Source of the DNA: Paramecium tetraurelia
Taxonomy: Eukaryota
Reading direction: 5' to 3'
Assembly: GCA_000165425.1 (NCBI GenBank)
Contig: CT868676.1
Location: 4,981-68,980, forward strand
DNA: 64,000 bases
In this document: positions 13,305 to 28,300 of the stretch, in pieces
Position numbering within the stretch: position 1 is the first letter of the stretch
How the letters are laid out: every line of letters begins with the position of its first letter
Translations under genes and position numbers: made by a program
The notes under the pieces: model-generated
Databases searched by the model: none
What the model was told of the DNA's origin: nothing
What the model saw: only the letters and a program-made list of their open reading frames with translations

Positions 13305-14299
13305 TCATTATTATTCAACATCATCTTCACTTTATTGTTTGACTTCATTATCTATCTATTGTTAGATTTGGCTCTCCACAATTTCATCTTGTCTTAGAGT
13401 TTCAATTTATGATTCCTCATTTAGCTAAGGAATTTCAGGCAATTCTTATTTGGTTTAATTCTTCTCATCCTGTTATTGCTATTTTTCTTCTTATTATAAA
13501 AGTTCCTTTAGGGTAGATTATTCTTCTTAATTTATTAAATAATTGATTTTTTCTAATTCAGAAACATCAATTGATTTATTTTTGACACTAGGTTTGAACA
13601 TATATAAGTACTTAAGAATTGGTTATAACTATGTTTTTTCCTTTTTTTTGCAGGATAGTGAACTATTATTTGTTGTATCACGATTGGATAGAGTCAAATT
13701 GTTTCTAAAATAGAAATAAGATTACCTAATTGAATTTACATATTGTTAACATTATTGATATCTTTAAAGTCTTTGCATCAATCTTTTGTTTTCGGTATAT
13801 TAATGAGAATACTCATCCAATTTTAGGACTGGCTCTTGTTTCATAAGTCTATCAGCTAATTTAATGTTTTCATTTTAAATTTATTGAGCTTGTATTTTGC
13901 GAAAAGTTAAATTTAAGTTATGAGGGTGATGCAGATTTTCATCTTCATATTTATAGTAATCTTATTACATTGGCCTATTGCAGATTTCTGTTATTTTATA
14001 ATATAATTAACTGTTTCCCTTATTGATTCGTTCTGATTATTCTAAATTTATTAAAATCTTCATGAAAACATACCACTGAGATCGAAACGCCTTCTTTATT
14101 GTCTGATGGAATTTCTCTTTTCCAAGATTTCTATATGTTAGACTCTTGATTATGAATGTGATTTTTTGCTTTTGATTTCATTCAATTTTTTCAAATGAAG
14201 ATCATAAGACCTAATAAATGTATATATGATGGATTACTTTTCTCTGGAAAATATTTAGTCTAATTTATAATTATAATTGTATTAATGATTAGTTCTCAT
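13305..14299 (-). CDS. CFAP97/KIAA1430 (Hemingway)-like cilia-associated protein
   Basis: SYDLHLKKLNEIK, ERINKGN..LYNKITEI and LNLTFRKIQAQQIQNENIKLADRLMKQEPVL match the family pattern from memory. Acidic tail and small introns. Confidence 0.65.
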
Positions 14300-14323
14300 T
14301 AATTAAAATAAATAATTAATATA

Positions 14324-14908
14324 ATGTCACAACCGTCCGAGACTAAACAATCAATTCATAGTGGCAGAATGGTACTCCATCCATCCTTGAAGTTAGATAA
14401 ATCAGCAGCCTTTTTCAAAAGCACTAGAGTTAGTTCATGTTCTTATGTGAGAATGAAATAAGGAAATCCTGAAGTAATATCCACCATATCAAAGGCTGTT
14501 CCGTTCTATGAAATTGCAAACAAGACACCAGCAGAACACGAAACTAAATCCACATACACAACATCAACATATGCGTAATTCATTCATTTTTTATATAAGT
14601 GATGATTATAAAGTCAAGCCTTATTTGCATGTTGGTTCAACTAATAAATTATTGGAACCCTATCACACAGGTTCATTCAGATCAAGATTACCTGAACCTG
14701 ATGCTCCAATTCTCACTAAAAATGCATCTCAAGTAGAATTAGGAGAAAGACAGTATTCAGTGATAATTAATTTAGTTTCAATGTGAAGAGACACTTTCTA
14801 AGCACAGCACATAATGTTTATGGAAATTTTGGTAAATTTGGAAATGTCACAAATCCAGGAATCCTATCAGAGAAAACCAAATGGCATCACCATTTATAAT
14901 AAAAATGA
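14324..14908 (+). CDS. Small basic hypothetical protein, possible ciliary microtubule inner protein
   Basis: ATG 14324, two introns, TGA 14906-14908. Contains TSTYADDYKVKPY and HFLSTAHNVYG. Confidence 0.7.
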
Positions 14909-14925
14909 TAAGATAATATGTATAA

Positions 14926-15899
14926 TCATTAATTAATATCATTATCATTATCTTTAGGGTTGCATTCTGGAATATAGACATTCAATTTTAATGTATCAAG
15001 ATTAAGCATAGTTTTAGGATCTATTTCTGGTTGTTTCTATTCTCTTTATTGTTATTTCTATTTCTCATTTTCTCTTGAATTAGTCATAGTCTTTTTTGGT
15101 TGTTTCCTCTTTTTGTTGTTATTTTCAATTTTATCAATATCCAATTATTCTATTTAATTATCCTTATTTTCACTTATTTAATTGCTTTTCTTTTTAGTAT
15201 TCTTACTATTAACGCTTTCTTTTTATTCTTCTACTTACTCTTCCTTTTCCTCTTCTTATTCTTGATCATCATCTGGATTCTATTGTTCCAACCCAAAACT
15301 AAACAAAAATTTCCTTAATTTGAAATTCTTCTTATCAGCCTTAGTGTTTTCTGGTAGATCTACACAATTTGGATCATATCTTTTGACTTCGTTTGATTTC
15401 TCTTCAGATGTGAGTTTACTACTATCAATTTTAGTTAGTCTGTGTTTTTTCTGATTCTTTGATGTTGATTACTTAGTTAGTGAAGGCTCCATTTATTTTT
15501 CATTTGATTATTCTGAATCTGCATTCTATTTCTTTTTTGACACTTTAGGTAATGATTTGTATTCTGATTCAGAATCAGATTAATGTTTTTTCTTTTTTGC
15601 TGTTTTCTTCTTTTTCTTCTTGGCTACCTAGTCTTAAGTTTATGGGAGTTCTTTTTCTCCAAAGACATCATCAAAATTTTAATCATAATTAGTGAGGAAA
15701 TCCTAGAGTGTCAGTTTTGCTAATGGTTTCTTTTTTAGTGATTTTGAGTTTGATGGTAAGGAGGAAAATAAGGATGTTTGAAATAAGGGTTGATTTTCAG
15801 AGGATTTCTTCTAGGTTTCTTCTTATTCTGACTCTGAACCGTCCTCGATATTAAATTTCTATTTGAGCTAATTAATATTAAACATACAGGAGTGGTCAT
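14926..15899 (-). CDS. Hypothetical charged low-complexity protein (K/E/Q-rich)
   Basis: ATG 15899, a 20-nt intron after codon 4, open code-6 frame to the TGA at 14926. Confidence 0.7.
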
Positions 15900-16018
15900 A
15901 TATTTTTGTAATATATATTACAATAATTTTCAGGATTTTATAAGTGATCCTTTTTTAATTTATTTTATTTAGATAAATTATAGGTGAGTAGAATTATAAT
16001 ACATTTATTAATAAATTA

Positions 16019-16658
16019 ATGAATTTATAGAATCCAAATAAATTAAAATGGAAACAATAATACATTAGAAAATACAGAGATCTATTAGGGATTTCAAAGT
16101 ATTATGATAACGAAGACAATTAGTCTTAGGGTTTCAGAAGTTCAACCGATAGCCAATCACATAACTCCAGTTTATTTGGATCACATAGATAGAGCATCAA
16201 AAATGAGATCAAGGTCTACGAAATGCAATGATGAAAGTTTCCAAAGCAAAAATAGTTCCTGTAGTGTTAATAGAAAGCTATCAGAAATGAACTCTACCAA
16301 AATATATTCAGCTGCTGAGATGAATTAAATAATCAAACATGCCAAGCTTTGTGGGTTGCTAAATAATAATCCATAAGTATCTCCACATTAATAATAGCAT
16401 TAACCATTATTAGAATAAAATCGAAAGCATTTCTAGGAAGTTCGAAATCTATAGAGGAGTTGGCATTACTATAAAATAAGACAGGAAGAACAGAACTTAG
16501 AATTCAATAGAATTCCTATGGAACAACATTATCAATCTAAATTAAGTTAGAAAAGGAGGGATATTAATATACAACGATTGATTCAGGAATAGAAAAGTCT
16601 ATACTAATTACACAGCATATAAGCAATTGATGCAACATTGTCAAATAGTAAGATTTGA
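16019..16658 (+). CDS. Hypothetical protein
   Basis: ATG 16019 joins the track ORF frame through intron 16099-16123. Ends SNSKI-TGA. Confidence 0.65.
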
Positions 16659-16685
16659 TCTCTCTTTTATTTGAATATATATATT

Positions 16686-17240
16686 ATGAGTACAGCAAAT
16701 TCTAAAATACAATATTAATATATAAATTTAACAGGATAAATAGGAAAACAAATCTATCCTATCTAACTAAAATTTATTTACTTCAGATTTTGATTAAGGA
16801 ACTCTATTTTTATCTCCCTTAAAATCACCTGAAAAATCAAAACAACTTCTTAGTTAGTCACTGATAGCATAGATAATCTAATGGAAAGTCAAAATATCAT
16901 TAAGACTGAAAATCTTCAGAATTCAATCTAAAAAAGTGCTCTCTAAAATAGATGATTTCGAAAGTTCTCAGGATACATAAAACTACTCGTTTTAGAAGAC
17001 ATGACAATTTTCAGTCTTACACATTACTTAATATTGAATCTAAAAATGACTGGATGATTTCTTCAATAATAATGATTATTCTCGAAACAACAACAAATAA
17101 TTAAAGAAACCAAATTATATCAGTTAGTAATCTTTACTGATTATGTTGAAACCTTATATGGCAAAGATTGGTTTCAAACTTCAATAAGGAGACCTCTTAG
17201 ATAAAATACTATGAAAGAATTCTTTGATACTCGAGAATGA
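16686..17240 (+). pseudogene. Possible decayed gene or unresolved gene model
   Basis: Coding-like composition, but every frame meets TGA and no consistent small introns repair it. Confidence 0.3.
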
Positions 17241-17299
17241 TTTTAATTAAACTATTTTATATTTTATATTTCATATCAATATCTTCATCTTGTATAATT

Positions 17300-18131
17300 A
17301 TGAAGAAGTCATCTTCTCAAAGGATATTGGTTACATAAGATGAGTTTCTGAGAATTCAATCATATGCCAATAAATCGATTTAGCCTCACTCCAAAGCCAG
17401 AATCAAACAAAAACCAAAACCAGAATAATGTCAATTCAAACCAGAAGTATCAATACATTTATCTCTAGATCAACAAATAATCAATCAATTTATAGCGAAC
17501 AATAAATGATCTCTACAGATGGAATCAAAATAAAATGCAAAAAATACACCAAATAAAAGAAGAAGAAGTATTCATCCTTCAATTATCTAGACTCGAGAAA
17601 TCTAAAATAATGCCAATAGATTGACTCATGAAGTCACTTCTTCCTCTGTCTTTGAAAGACTTTATCAAATCAGAAAAAGTAGTGCCTTCACTCTGTGTAA
17701 TTATCAACATTAAGTTAGAATAATCAAAAAGAAATACCCATTGTGATTAACCGTATTATACTAAAAATATGACGAAATCGATGTATCAAGATTATCAAAG
17801 ATAATTTTAACTTGTGGATACAACCTAATCTAAATCCAAAACCTAAGCAACTGAAAATTCTTAATTGCAAACTCCCATTTAACATGCTCTTGATTAAGAA
17901 TTACCTAATTCCATTAATAATGTAAATATCTACATTTATATTTAACAGATGAAAATATCCCTTCCTATACATCAATATTTTGATCTGACCCAATAAATGC
18001 AGGGTTCATCTGATTCATTAGCCCAATCCAACTTTTAAGAGAAGGATATCGAAGTCATGGTTGAAAGGTATTACCATTCTAATCTAGATTGAATAATTGG
18101 TAAGCCAAAAAACTAGAAAGAGAATAATTGA
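17300..18131 (+). CDS. Hypothetical protein with CxFKPxINxxS and VFERLY motifs
   Basis: Five 20-27 nt GT-AG introns give an open frame from ATG 17300 to TGA 18129-18131. Confidence 0.75.
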
Positions 18132-19020
18132 TTGCTTAAGAATACAATAATTAATAAGCATCAATATCTGGTCATTCGTACAATTAACCAAAGTCGTATT
18201 CGAACATGTTTTTAAATATTTGATTTATTTTACCATTTGTTACTAGTATCTAATATAACTCATTATGATCTATTAATATAATAATTAGAATATTATCAAC
18301 ATCAGATAAATCTTTTACAATATGAAATACAAATTATTGGATTCTATAAATAAAATATAAGATTCAATTATTCTATTACTTGAAATTAACTTATCAATAA
18401 ATTTATTATCTGCGTGTTAATAATTACAGTAGCTATTAATAAATAGATTAAAGAATATATTTAGTATTCTATACATTTTAATATCAAAACTACAATATAA
18501 TCAAACTAATCAAACACTCTTCATGCTATATTATTGAATCATATACTTTAGATAATTGTTTAGTAAATATATTAGAATAATAATTGATTTTAATTAACTT
18601 TATTATGAAGATTGATAGACAAATTGTTAAATCTAAATAATAAATTAATATTTAAAATTGTAGTTAGGTTGTTAAATCGCTAACAATTCTATTAATTATT
18701 ATTCATATTTATTTAGACAAGATACTTTAATTTCAATCAATAATATTCACACTATATTATATTGAAATCTTAAGTAATAAATAATAATGAAATTTACAAT
18801 ATATTAAATTATGTCAAAAAATTAAATAAAAATTCCTATTAGAAATGAAAATGAAACAAAGATTATTTCAAATTAAACAAAAAAAAATTTTAATAGGTAG
18901 AAAGATGACTTAAAATTGAATAAATCTAATAATTAGATGTCTTAGGAATATTATACAAAATCAAAACTAAATTATGTTAGAGAATTTAAATAGTATTCAA
19001 TATATATGAAATTACAAATA

Positions 19021-19583
19021 TCAAGCTTGGTGTATGAAAGTAGGACTTCTTTTATGTTATTTTTAGAACTAGGTTAGATATAATGTAATAATACATCTCT
19101 AATAAATTGTGTCAAATGTTTTGATTATCTGATCATATTATTATATTATGATTGTTTTTATCGATATTATTCTTAGATATATTATTCTTGAATATACTCC
19201 TGAGTTTCTGCTTGCAAATCAGTGAATCTCTTGTTTGGAGGGATAAACCACTTATTATATTGATTGGGTCGTTTAGGTGATAGTCGTTTATCAGTCTTTA
19301 TCTTCAATTATAATTCACTCTAAGATTTAGGCAAGCTGTGCAAACTATAAAGCGAACTGGCTCTCCTATGTTTATATTTGTTATCAGGTTGAGTGGTTTC
19401 ATGCTAAGGAGTTGATTCATTGGCATTTGTATGAACAATCTTATCGATCCATCTATTTTCATCAAAATTGCTAATCTTTTGCTTAGGAATGAGAACAGGG
19501 GGCAGGATAGTTAATTATTTAGATTTTAATCTAGAAATCAATTTAGCATGAATTGATTCAGAATTATTCTCATTTTAATTCAT
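19021..19583 (-). CDS. Hypothetical protein (about 178 aa)
   Basis: MNQNENNSESIHAKLISRL...YNKWFIPPNKRF, one intron near the 3' end, TGA at 19021. Confidence 0.7.
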
Positions 19584-19874
19584 ATAAAATGTTAATATTA
19601 AATAAAATTTGAATAGAACAATTAATTTATCACTCATAATATTGAGTTAAAATTTTGATGGATGATTTAAGTTCTTAAATAAAGATGTCTTTCAAAATAA
19701 AGGATTAGAGGCTATGTATTCTTTTTGTTTAGAATAAGAGTGATATTGAAATGTTACTATATTTATTAATTATTGAGATATATCCAAGAATGTATAGTAC
19801 TTTGATATTAAAGAATAGTAACTTGTACTTTAGTATTAGATGTATTGTAATTAATTTTTATAAAATTAAATAAA

Positions 19875-22800
19875 ATGGTTATTAAAAAGGTCTTTGAAGA
19901 TTTTTATCGTGAAAACTTTCTGATGATAAGAGATAGCTTTTATAGGAATCAATACTTTAGTTTTGGATTGATATTGTTTTAAACCATTTAGTTATAAGGG
20001 ATATTTCTCAGTGAAAATAATTTTGAACCGTAAAAACATGAAAAAAAGAGAGGGATAATGGATGCAATAATTTGGATTTTAAAATCATCAAAGTAAACAT
20101 TTGATTAGAATATTAGGATATACCCTTTATTTCAAACTGAAACAAACTTAAGTCAAATATATTTTATAGATGTCTGTTTCTTAATTATTGTAATTGTGAT
20201 TTCTCTTTTAAATTTAATTGTTGTATTTAGGAAGAATAGTTAATAGAAGTAGACAAATTAGAAAATAAACGGATTATTTTCTTTAAAATTTTCAGATTTC
20301 CCCATTTAAGTATATAGATTAATAAGAATAGTTGTAAACTAAATAATATTTTCATGTAAATTTTATCAAATTCATTACTAATGCATTGTCGTTCTTTTTG
20401 TAAACATATAAATATGTGCTCCATTGGATGACCATTTATTGTTCATTAAATATTTTTAACAACTATATTGCAGATGATCAATAAGCAAATCAAAGTAAGA
20501 TGAAATCTTAAATTAGATTGGATTTATACATAAGGCATGATCGCATCAATATTTGTGTTTTTATTTTTTCTAATCCTTGATATCTTTATGATGTTTCATT
20601 GTTTTGATTACAAATTTAAAAACAAAGATTGTTTGGGAAGAAAAGTAACTGGATTTAAATTATTATAAAACATCTACATTTATGCATGCATACTCATAAT
20701 AATATTTACTAAACAAAAATACCCAAATCTGCAATTATTATTAGGACTATTTTGTAATTTGTTTTTTTTACTGTTAAGTACTCTATAAATTTTATTTAGA
20801 AGACAATAAATTAATACTTTTTAGTCATTTGTATTGGGTCAATTTATATTTATATATATTGGATAGATTTGTTACATTAATAATTTATTCTCAATAGATT
20901 TCCTTAATTTATTGGTTTTCATCTCATCTCCTATTATAATTGCAGTCTAAATAATCATCAGACGAGAATAGTTTAAGTATCATTTTGCAGTAAGTTTAAA
21001 GGATCCGAGAAATTTGGAAGAAAAATTAAGAATAATGTATGATCTGATTAAAATGACTTATTATAAGGATTGGAGAACTTTTAAGAAACCAATTATTAGA
21101 ACCTACATTTCCCTCTAATTACACAATGTTGCTGCTAATCATTTAAGAAATTGTTCAGGCTATTTGGTAGAGGATGGTTAACCTTTACAATACAATCTTT
21201 CTAGATAATGTTTTTGTAGATAATACTTTTAATATAGTGAATAGAAATCTCTTACATTTTGGAAAAGAGATTTAGATCATGATACAGAGAAGAAATACTT
21301 TGCTTTTAAAAGTGAGAAACAATTTAAATAATTTCTGTTCGATTTAATTCGATACTATTTTGAAAGATTTCTGTAAAATAAATCATTTACGGATAACAAT
21401 GAATAATTTTCATATATCTACTTCCTATTTTAAGTACAAAAGAAGCCTACTAAAGCATTTTATGAAGCAATGAACTTAAAATTTAAAGTTAAGAAGCTGA
21501 ACTAAAAGAGAACTATGATAATTGAATAATTGATTTAAGATGCTAAACATAACTTCAATTAGATGATCGAAAAAAAAGATCTTAAAAATCAGAAGTACAA
21601 CTTTAAATAGGTTTTTGACTTTGATTCAAATCTTGACACTTCTAAATAAAACTTTTAGATCATACTTTCAAATTATAAGAAATGGTTTTATTAACTGTTG
21701 AATTAATAATTATAATTGCAATCAATCATAAAGAAAGGAACTGAATTATAGTTACAGATTCAAGTCTTAGAAAAACAATTATTCTAATTATATTAACTAA
21801 ATCCAGTCTCCACTGAATTAGACACTATCATCTATTTGTTTTATAAATACTTAAATTTCAACATCAAGAGACCTAAAACAACTAAAAGAAATTCTACATA
21901 TGCTAACTAATTTGTCTAGTCTATTAATTAACAAGTATTTTAAAGGGATTCCTGCATCATTTATATTTCATTAATGAATCAAAGAGGCTCAATACAAAAT
22001 TATACAAAATCCTTCAAATCACTTATCTTGGGGACTGATTAAGATATCAAATATTAGAATATTAAACATTTCATGCCTGATTCTATTGCCTAGTATCATG
22101 ATATGTATTTAGACAACTTTATTGAATTTGGCAGAATGAACATTGTGATGGCTGAATAAAGATTTTTAATATTGAAAAACAAAGAATCATTCATCATTCC
22201 AGTCTATGCCAAGGTGAGATTGGAAAATTACTCTAATAGTGACTTTGGATCTTCTGCATTAATCACATAAATAAATTAATAGAATTATTATATAGTCATA
22301 AGCAAATTTGGGATTTTAGAAGAGATATCATAGAACTTTTATGAAGATATTATCAAGAAAACATTCAACTGTCCTCCCAATTAATTGAAGAATCTGAATT
22401 TCCTTAGAATTATGCCATGTTTATTAAGGGATCTCTAGAAACTTGAAGAAACTTACAAAAATAATACTGAAATTGATTTTGAATTCTAGTAGCAAAACAA
22501 AGACAAAGTAAACTATGACATTTTGAAGGAAGGACATATTCTAATACCAAGATAATTTAATCTAAATGAATATATACAATTACTAAGGACAAGCATGACT
22601 GGTGATATTCAAACATACTTTTTACTGAATAATAGAAAAGTCATCTTTACTATTAGAACGTTTAACATTATTTTATCTTTTATGTAAAATACAAAATAAG
22701 ATTAATGAAGACTATAAATTCATTGCATATAATCCTGGATATCTAGAATCTTAAGATGGTAAAATCAGAACAACAATAAAAGGTGCTGAAAGTCATTTAG

Positions 22801-25270
22801 AATCTTTGTAATTTTGAGGGTTAACATATCAATATTTAGCAATAGACTCCAAAGATTAATTATATGCATCAGGATTCTGAATACAAGGAAAACTTATATA
22901 AAGATAATTTTGATTTGTTTAGGAAGTCTCAATCATCTGAATATTTAGAAAGGAAATACTAAGATGTGGAGTCAAATTTGTTATTAGAAGATGATGTGAT
23001 GATCACTCAAAAATAAAGGAATATTGAGGAATATAATCCTTTTTCTAAAAGAGAATAGATATCTTTAACTCTGGATTCAAAATCAAAAGAAAACTAATAA
23101 TTATTGTAGATGGAATTCGACAATTCAAAATAGTATCAAAGATAAAATAGTTTCTAATTGATATCAAAGAATCAGATAGAAGACATGGATCTTTCTAATA
23201 AAAATTCTAAGGATTCAATTGATTCAAGTTCTGATCACAAAAGCAATAATAAAATCACTATTCATTAGAATGATGGAGGTAGTTCAATTGGTAGTTCTTA
23301 ATAATAATCAGATTATCTTAGCAAGAGAAGAATGATTAAGGATGTCTTATACTCAGATCATCAATTCTAAAATAATACAACCAAAAAAGGAATGTTAATC
23401 TTTGGATTGCTGTTACTAATTATTTTATATGTTCTCAATCTTGTGTTTATAATTATCTCTAAAGAAGTATTTTATAGCATTTAACTTAGAAATTTTTATT
23501 GATTGAAACAAATAAGCATGTCTCCAAAAATATTGAGTGTTCTTTTAACCTTTTCATACTATCCAATCAATATTAGCAAATATTGCGTTAGAATCAAACA
23601 ACTTTGCCATGGTATGATTAGATACAAAATGTCTCAATCAATTATTACAAGTAGTATATATAAGTAATTCTGAATGAATAAAATACTATAATAGAGTAAT
23701 CAAGCTTTAATTAATAATGTATATATTTTATATATTTAAGAAAACATCATTTTTACCCAAAACAATCAGACCCTATTATTAGATTAATTGTTCATATTTA
23801 AATTAGTTGGTTAATAAATGATTGATTATATAAAAAACAATGAAGTAGATGATAATAATAGCATACAATTCATAATTGATAACTATTTAGTAATTATCAC
23901 TGATATGCTCTCTGAATTGAATTCATCAATTACTACTAACATAAATGAATAAATTGATTTTATTTAAACCTAGCATTAATTATCAATAATTCTGTCAGAA
24001 GTAACATTAAGTTTATTAGTAATCATATTATTACCTGTATTTTTGGTGATAAATAAATAAAAGAATACTATTTTATAATTCTTCACAACATTCCCATAAT
24101 CAGAACTGTAACAATAATTTGATGTATATCAAATTTTATTGGAGAAATTAGAAGAGACTAAATTCGCTCAATAAGAAACTAATCAATATGACATTGAAAG
24201 TGTTCACATTAAAAAGTTTGCCAAAACTATTCGAGGGATTAAGGATTCCAATCATAAGAAATAATAACATGGAAAATTGAAGACCATAATTGGATCGAGT
24301 AAACTTATTATTCTATATAGATGCCACTCCCTTAATAATCTTCAGTATCTTATTAGTATTGCTGTTATTTTCTATAGTATCAGCTTACTTTATCACTTCT
24401 TATTTGATTCAATTTTAATTTTTAAATGAATATCAAAATTACTTTTAATAAAATACAATTTATAGTACTTTACAAAATGAAATATTAAAAGAGAATTCCA
24501 TCGAAAATATTATCATAAATAGTTTGATTAGCCAAAACACATTAGAAGTGAATGATACTTCAAGTAAAGACATATCATATAAACTAGTCTTATAATTGAT
24601 TCAGTATCAGTAGGAAAATTAGAATTAGGCATTAATTTATTACTCCTAAGAACTGACAGGTAAACTAAATAATGACGATTCTCAATTATTTGAAATATTG
24701 TCAAATAACTTTTGTGCTGTTTTTGATAGTCTTTTAATATCGCATTTGTCGAATTAGCAATATTTAGATTATTTTTCTTATGAGATTTGTGAATCATTTG
24801 GTAATTAATAATCTGGAGTCAGTGTCACTTTGGCTAATTTTATCACTCAAATGAATTAATTTTATGAGACTCTATCAATATTTGAATGTAATATTAATAT
24901 TTTAAGTTGATTAGAATTAAATTTAGATCCTTAAAATTTAGATAAGGAAGTGATTTTATTGAGCAATAAAGAGTTATAAGAAATCTTCATTTATTTAACA
25001 TTTGTGCTTCAAGTTATATCTGATTATGAAGATTATCAATTAAGAGACTTAATTGACAGCCATTTTGTGAGTTAAATAGTCATATTTGCGATTGGGGCTA
25101 CGTTTGTTTGTGTTTTTACTTTTATAACAGAGAAGTGTTTCAAGAATTTAATTTCAAATTAAATTAATTAATCAAAATTATTATTAACATTAATCCCATT
25201 TGAAGTATTATAAACAAATGCTTATGTGATGACGTATGTGTTGCAGGAGTCTAAGAAAATATATTTGTGA
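19875..25270 (+). CDS. Large multi-pass membrane protein with a PAS domain (TmcB/TmcC-like)
   Basis: N-terminal TM cluster, helical region, PAS-like NIKHFMPDSIAQYHDMYLDNFIEFGRMNIV..ILKNKESFIIPV (about 21960-22270), further TM pairs and the C-terminus KLLLTLIPFEVLQTNAYV. One junction near 22620-22660 is not fully resolved. Confidence 0.8.
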
Positions 25271-25325
25271 TGATATTATTTATGTGTTTATTTAAGTTAA
25301 TAAATAAAAATAAATATTAATTTAT

Positions 25326-28300
25326 ATGTTACTAACAATCAAATATTAGAATAGAGTGAAATAATTGAATTTGGATAGAAGAATAAATGTTTAGTCTTTA
25401 TAAATATTATTAGGACAATTATTTAGCATAAAACATAAAATTATTGGATTAATCGATTCAGATGGTAAAACTTAAATAAATAAAGTTTAGGCAATTATGT
25501 TGATTTAGTATAATTTATCTAATAATTGAATTACACAAAATGTTCCCATTATACTTTAGTAAGTGAAGATGGATCAAATATACTAGAGAATACAATATAA
25601 CAATAAACATCTTTAAAATATAGTTCCATTTCAGATTTCAATAACAAACTTCAATTTATTGATTTCATCTATGACATAGAGGAGTTTCAAAATATCTTGG
25701 GAGATGACTAATATTCTTGCATTTATTTAATTCATGAAAAAGATCCATCCGCATTAGATTTCCTAAGTTCCTTAGAACCTTTAATAAACAACCTCAATTG
25801 TTGGATCAATTTTTATTATTCCTTCAGTAATAACATACTTGATTGGGCAAATGAACACGACTGTCAAACTAAGACTCTCTGGGTGTACAAGGGATCAAAG
25901 AAAATAGTGTCAATTTTATTGAATAATGACAAAAAGATGAGGCAAATGGATGAAATTATCCAGAAACTTGTTCAATCTAAAATTATGGATCCCATGGTTA
26001 AGAATTCTAATATCAGATAAACATCTCAATTATCTTCATAATAATCTCCAAATAAAAGAAGAAGTAAATCCATTAGAAAATTGGTCGAAGACTCTCAAAT
26101 TCATAGTAATCAAAGTTCCTATAACTCAAAGTTAATCGGTTCTCAATATATTACAAGAGTTTAAGCAAAGGTTACTTAATGTGCCCCATCTAGAGGTAGT
26201 GACATTCCAGAGGATCATGTTTCATATAATATCTCAAATCCCAATGATTCCATAATAAATCAACAAGATCTTTTGTTTCGAGTTGTTGCTGAATTAGAAG
26301 ACAAAGAACTACTTGATGTTACTATGGCCAGACTGGTTAAAAGACTCTTGATTGAAGAAAACATAGAGATTATTACTGTGTTATTGTAGTACTCTCAAAG
26401 ATCCATAGATATCTATAGATTAAGTGAGAGACTGAACAATATAATTGAGAAATAGAAAAATCAATAGAGACCTACCTCGCCTTTTTAGAATTTAAAGTAG
26501 ACTAAATAAACTATAAGTAATAATATTAAGGAATAGAATGAGGATGTAAAGAATTTCATTCTTGATATCAACAATTACAATTTCACTTCTGAATAATATG
26601 GCATGATTAATATGCTATGGAATCAAAAGGATCAAATCTTAATTAGGTTGTGTACTGATATTTATAATAAAGAGAGTAGAAAAGAATAAGCTTCTTTAAA
26701 ACCATTGCAACTTTATGCAGATACTAAATTTAATGAACTATTGAACTAAAATTTCAAAAAGCCAGAAATATCAATCATCCAAGAATGTAAGAATACAAAG
26801 TCCGGCTCTATTTATGCTACCTTATAGCATTTTAGATATGAAACAAATGTTGACTATTTTGTCAATGATCTTAAGAAGGCATTATAACAAATTCACAATT
26901 AAAATCTGCATTTAACTGTATCTGAGAAACAGCCTAATTAAATATCAAAAGAAATCAATCTATTCAAATTTTAATCACCCAAGGCTCCATCCCCTTTATG
27001 TGTATTAATGCCTAACTTTTAAAACTTAGCCAATGAAGCCCTGTCACCTCCTCCATAACCCAAATAACAAAAGTAGGAAGAAAATAGCAATAAAAACTAT
27101 TAATCCTATGGGAAAATCTCGAATGAATTACAAAGAGTTCAATTGTTTTAAACATTTCCTGCTTAACAACCAAAATTAGAATAGTAAAATAAAGAGGAGG
27201 TTGAGTAATAATAGAATAATTAACAAAATGAACTTAAATAAGAGTAATCTCAAAGGAAATAATAAGATGTTGCTGCTAAGGATATTATTTTTAGTGAGGA
27301 GAACTTCATTCAGAGGAAAAGGGAGTAACGTATATAATACTCTTAAAAAATTGAAAAATTATATTCCATCTAAACAGATAAGGATATTGCTTAGGATTTC
27401 TAAGATATGATAAATTAAATGGAATTGGATGATTAAAAATTGAAATAAGTAGAATAGTTGTTTTCAGACCATAATGAATAACTGTATGAAATAATTAAAG
27501 GGTTTTAAACCTCTCGAATTGTAATGAATACAAGAGCAAAATTGATGTAATGAATTTTTTATATTAATAGCAAACTGCTCTCTGAAAAACAAAATGATGT
27601 TCAGGATTATCGAAAAACCAAGATGTATAATTTATTTATGAATTAAGTGAGATAATTTACATTGTAAAAACATTTATAAGAAAATGAAAAAGTTTATCTA
27701 TTGAAAATGTTTAGAGAAAATGATCTACAGGTGTTGGGAACACTTGAAACTTATTTGCAAAATCAAGATGCTGAGGATATGTTAGAAAACTTATAGATGA
27801 TAATAAAACAGTATGGTAAATTCACTAATGTAATTACATTCATTATTTTCAGATTAATTAATTAGAAACCGACTTGTCTCCCTTGGATCAGCCACACTTA
27901 GACACTCCTATTTTTGGAGCCAAAGAGATACTATCAACCATTAAACAATACTTTTCAGCTGAAGAGAAAAATAGATTAGAAACTATTGCAAGTGGTTGGG
28001 GTGAAAACGATATTGTCGAACTCTATTCTCAATTTTAATAGGATTAGGATTTGAATGGATTTATAGCATCAATCAAAAAATTAAGTTAATAAGACATCTT
28101 CAAAAAATTACATCAACCTAATAGTTTTGAAGATGTTTTGAAAAAATTAAAAAAGGATGGATTATTGAAAGTCGATGATTATATGTTGGGATTACTAAAC
28201 AAGAAAAAAAATGAATAAAGAATTAAAGGAGTATTTGAAATCTATTTGTATTCAAAGAATGTTGAGGACTTTGTAGAGAGCATTAAAAGTATTTAAAAAT

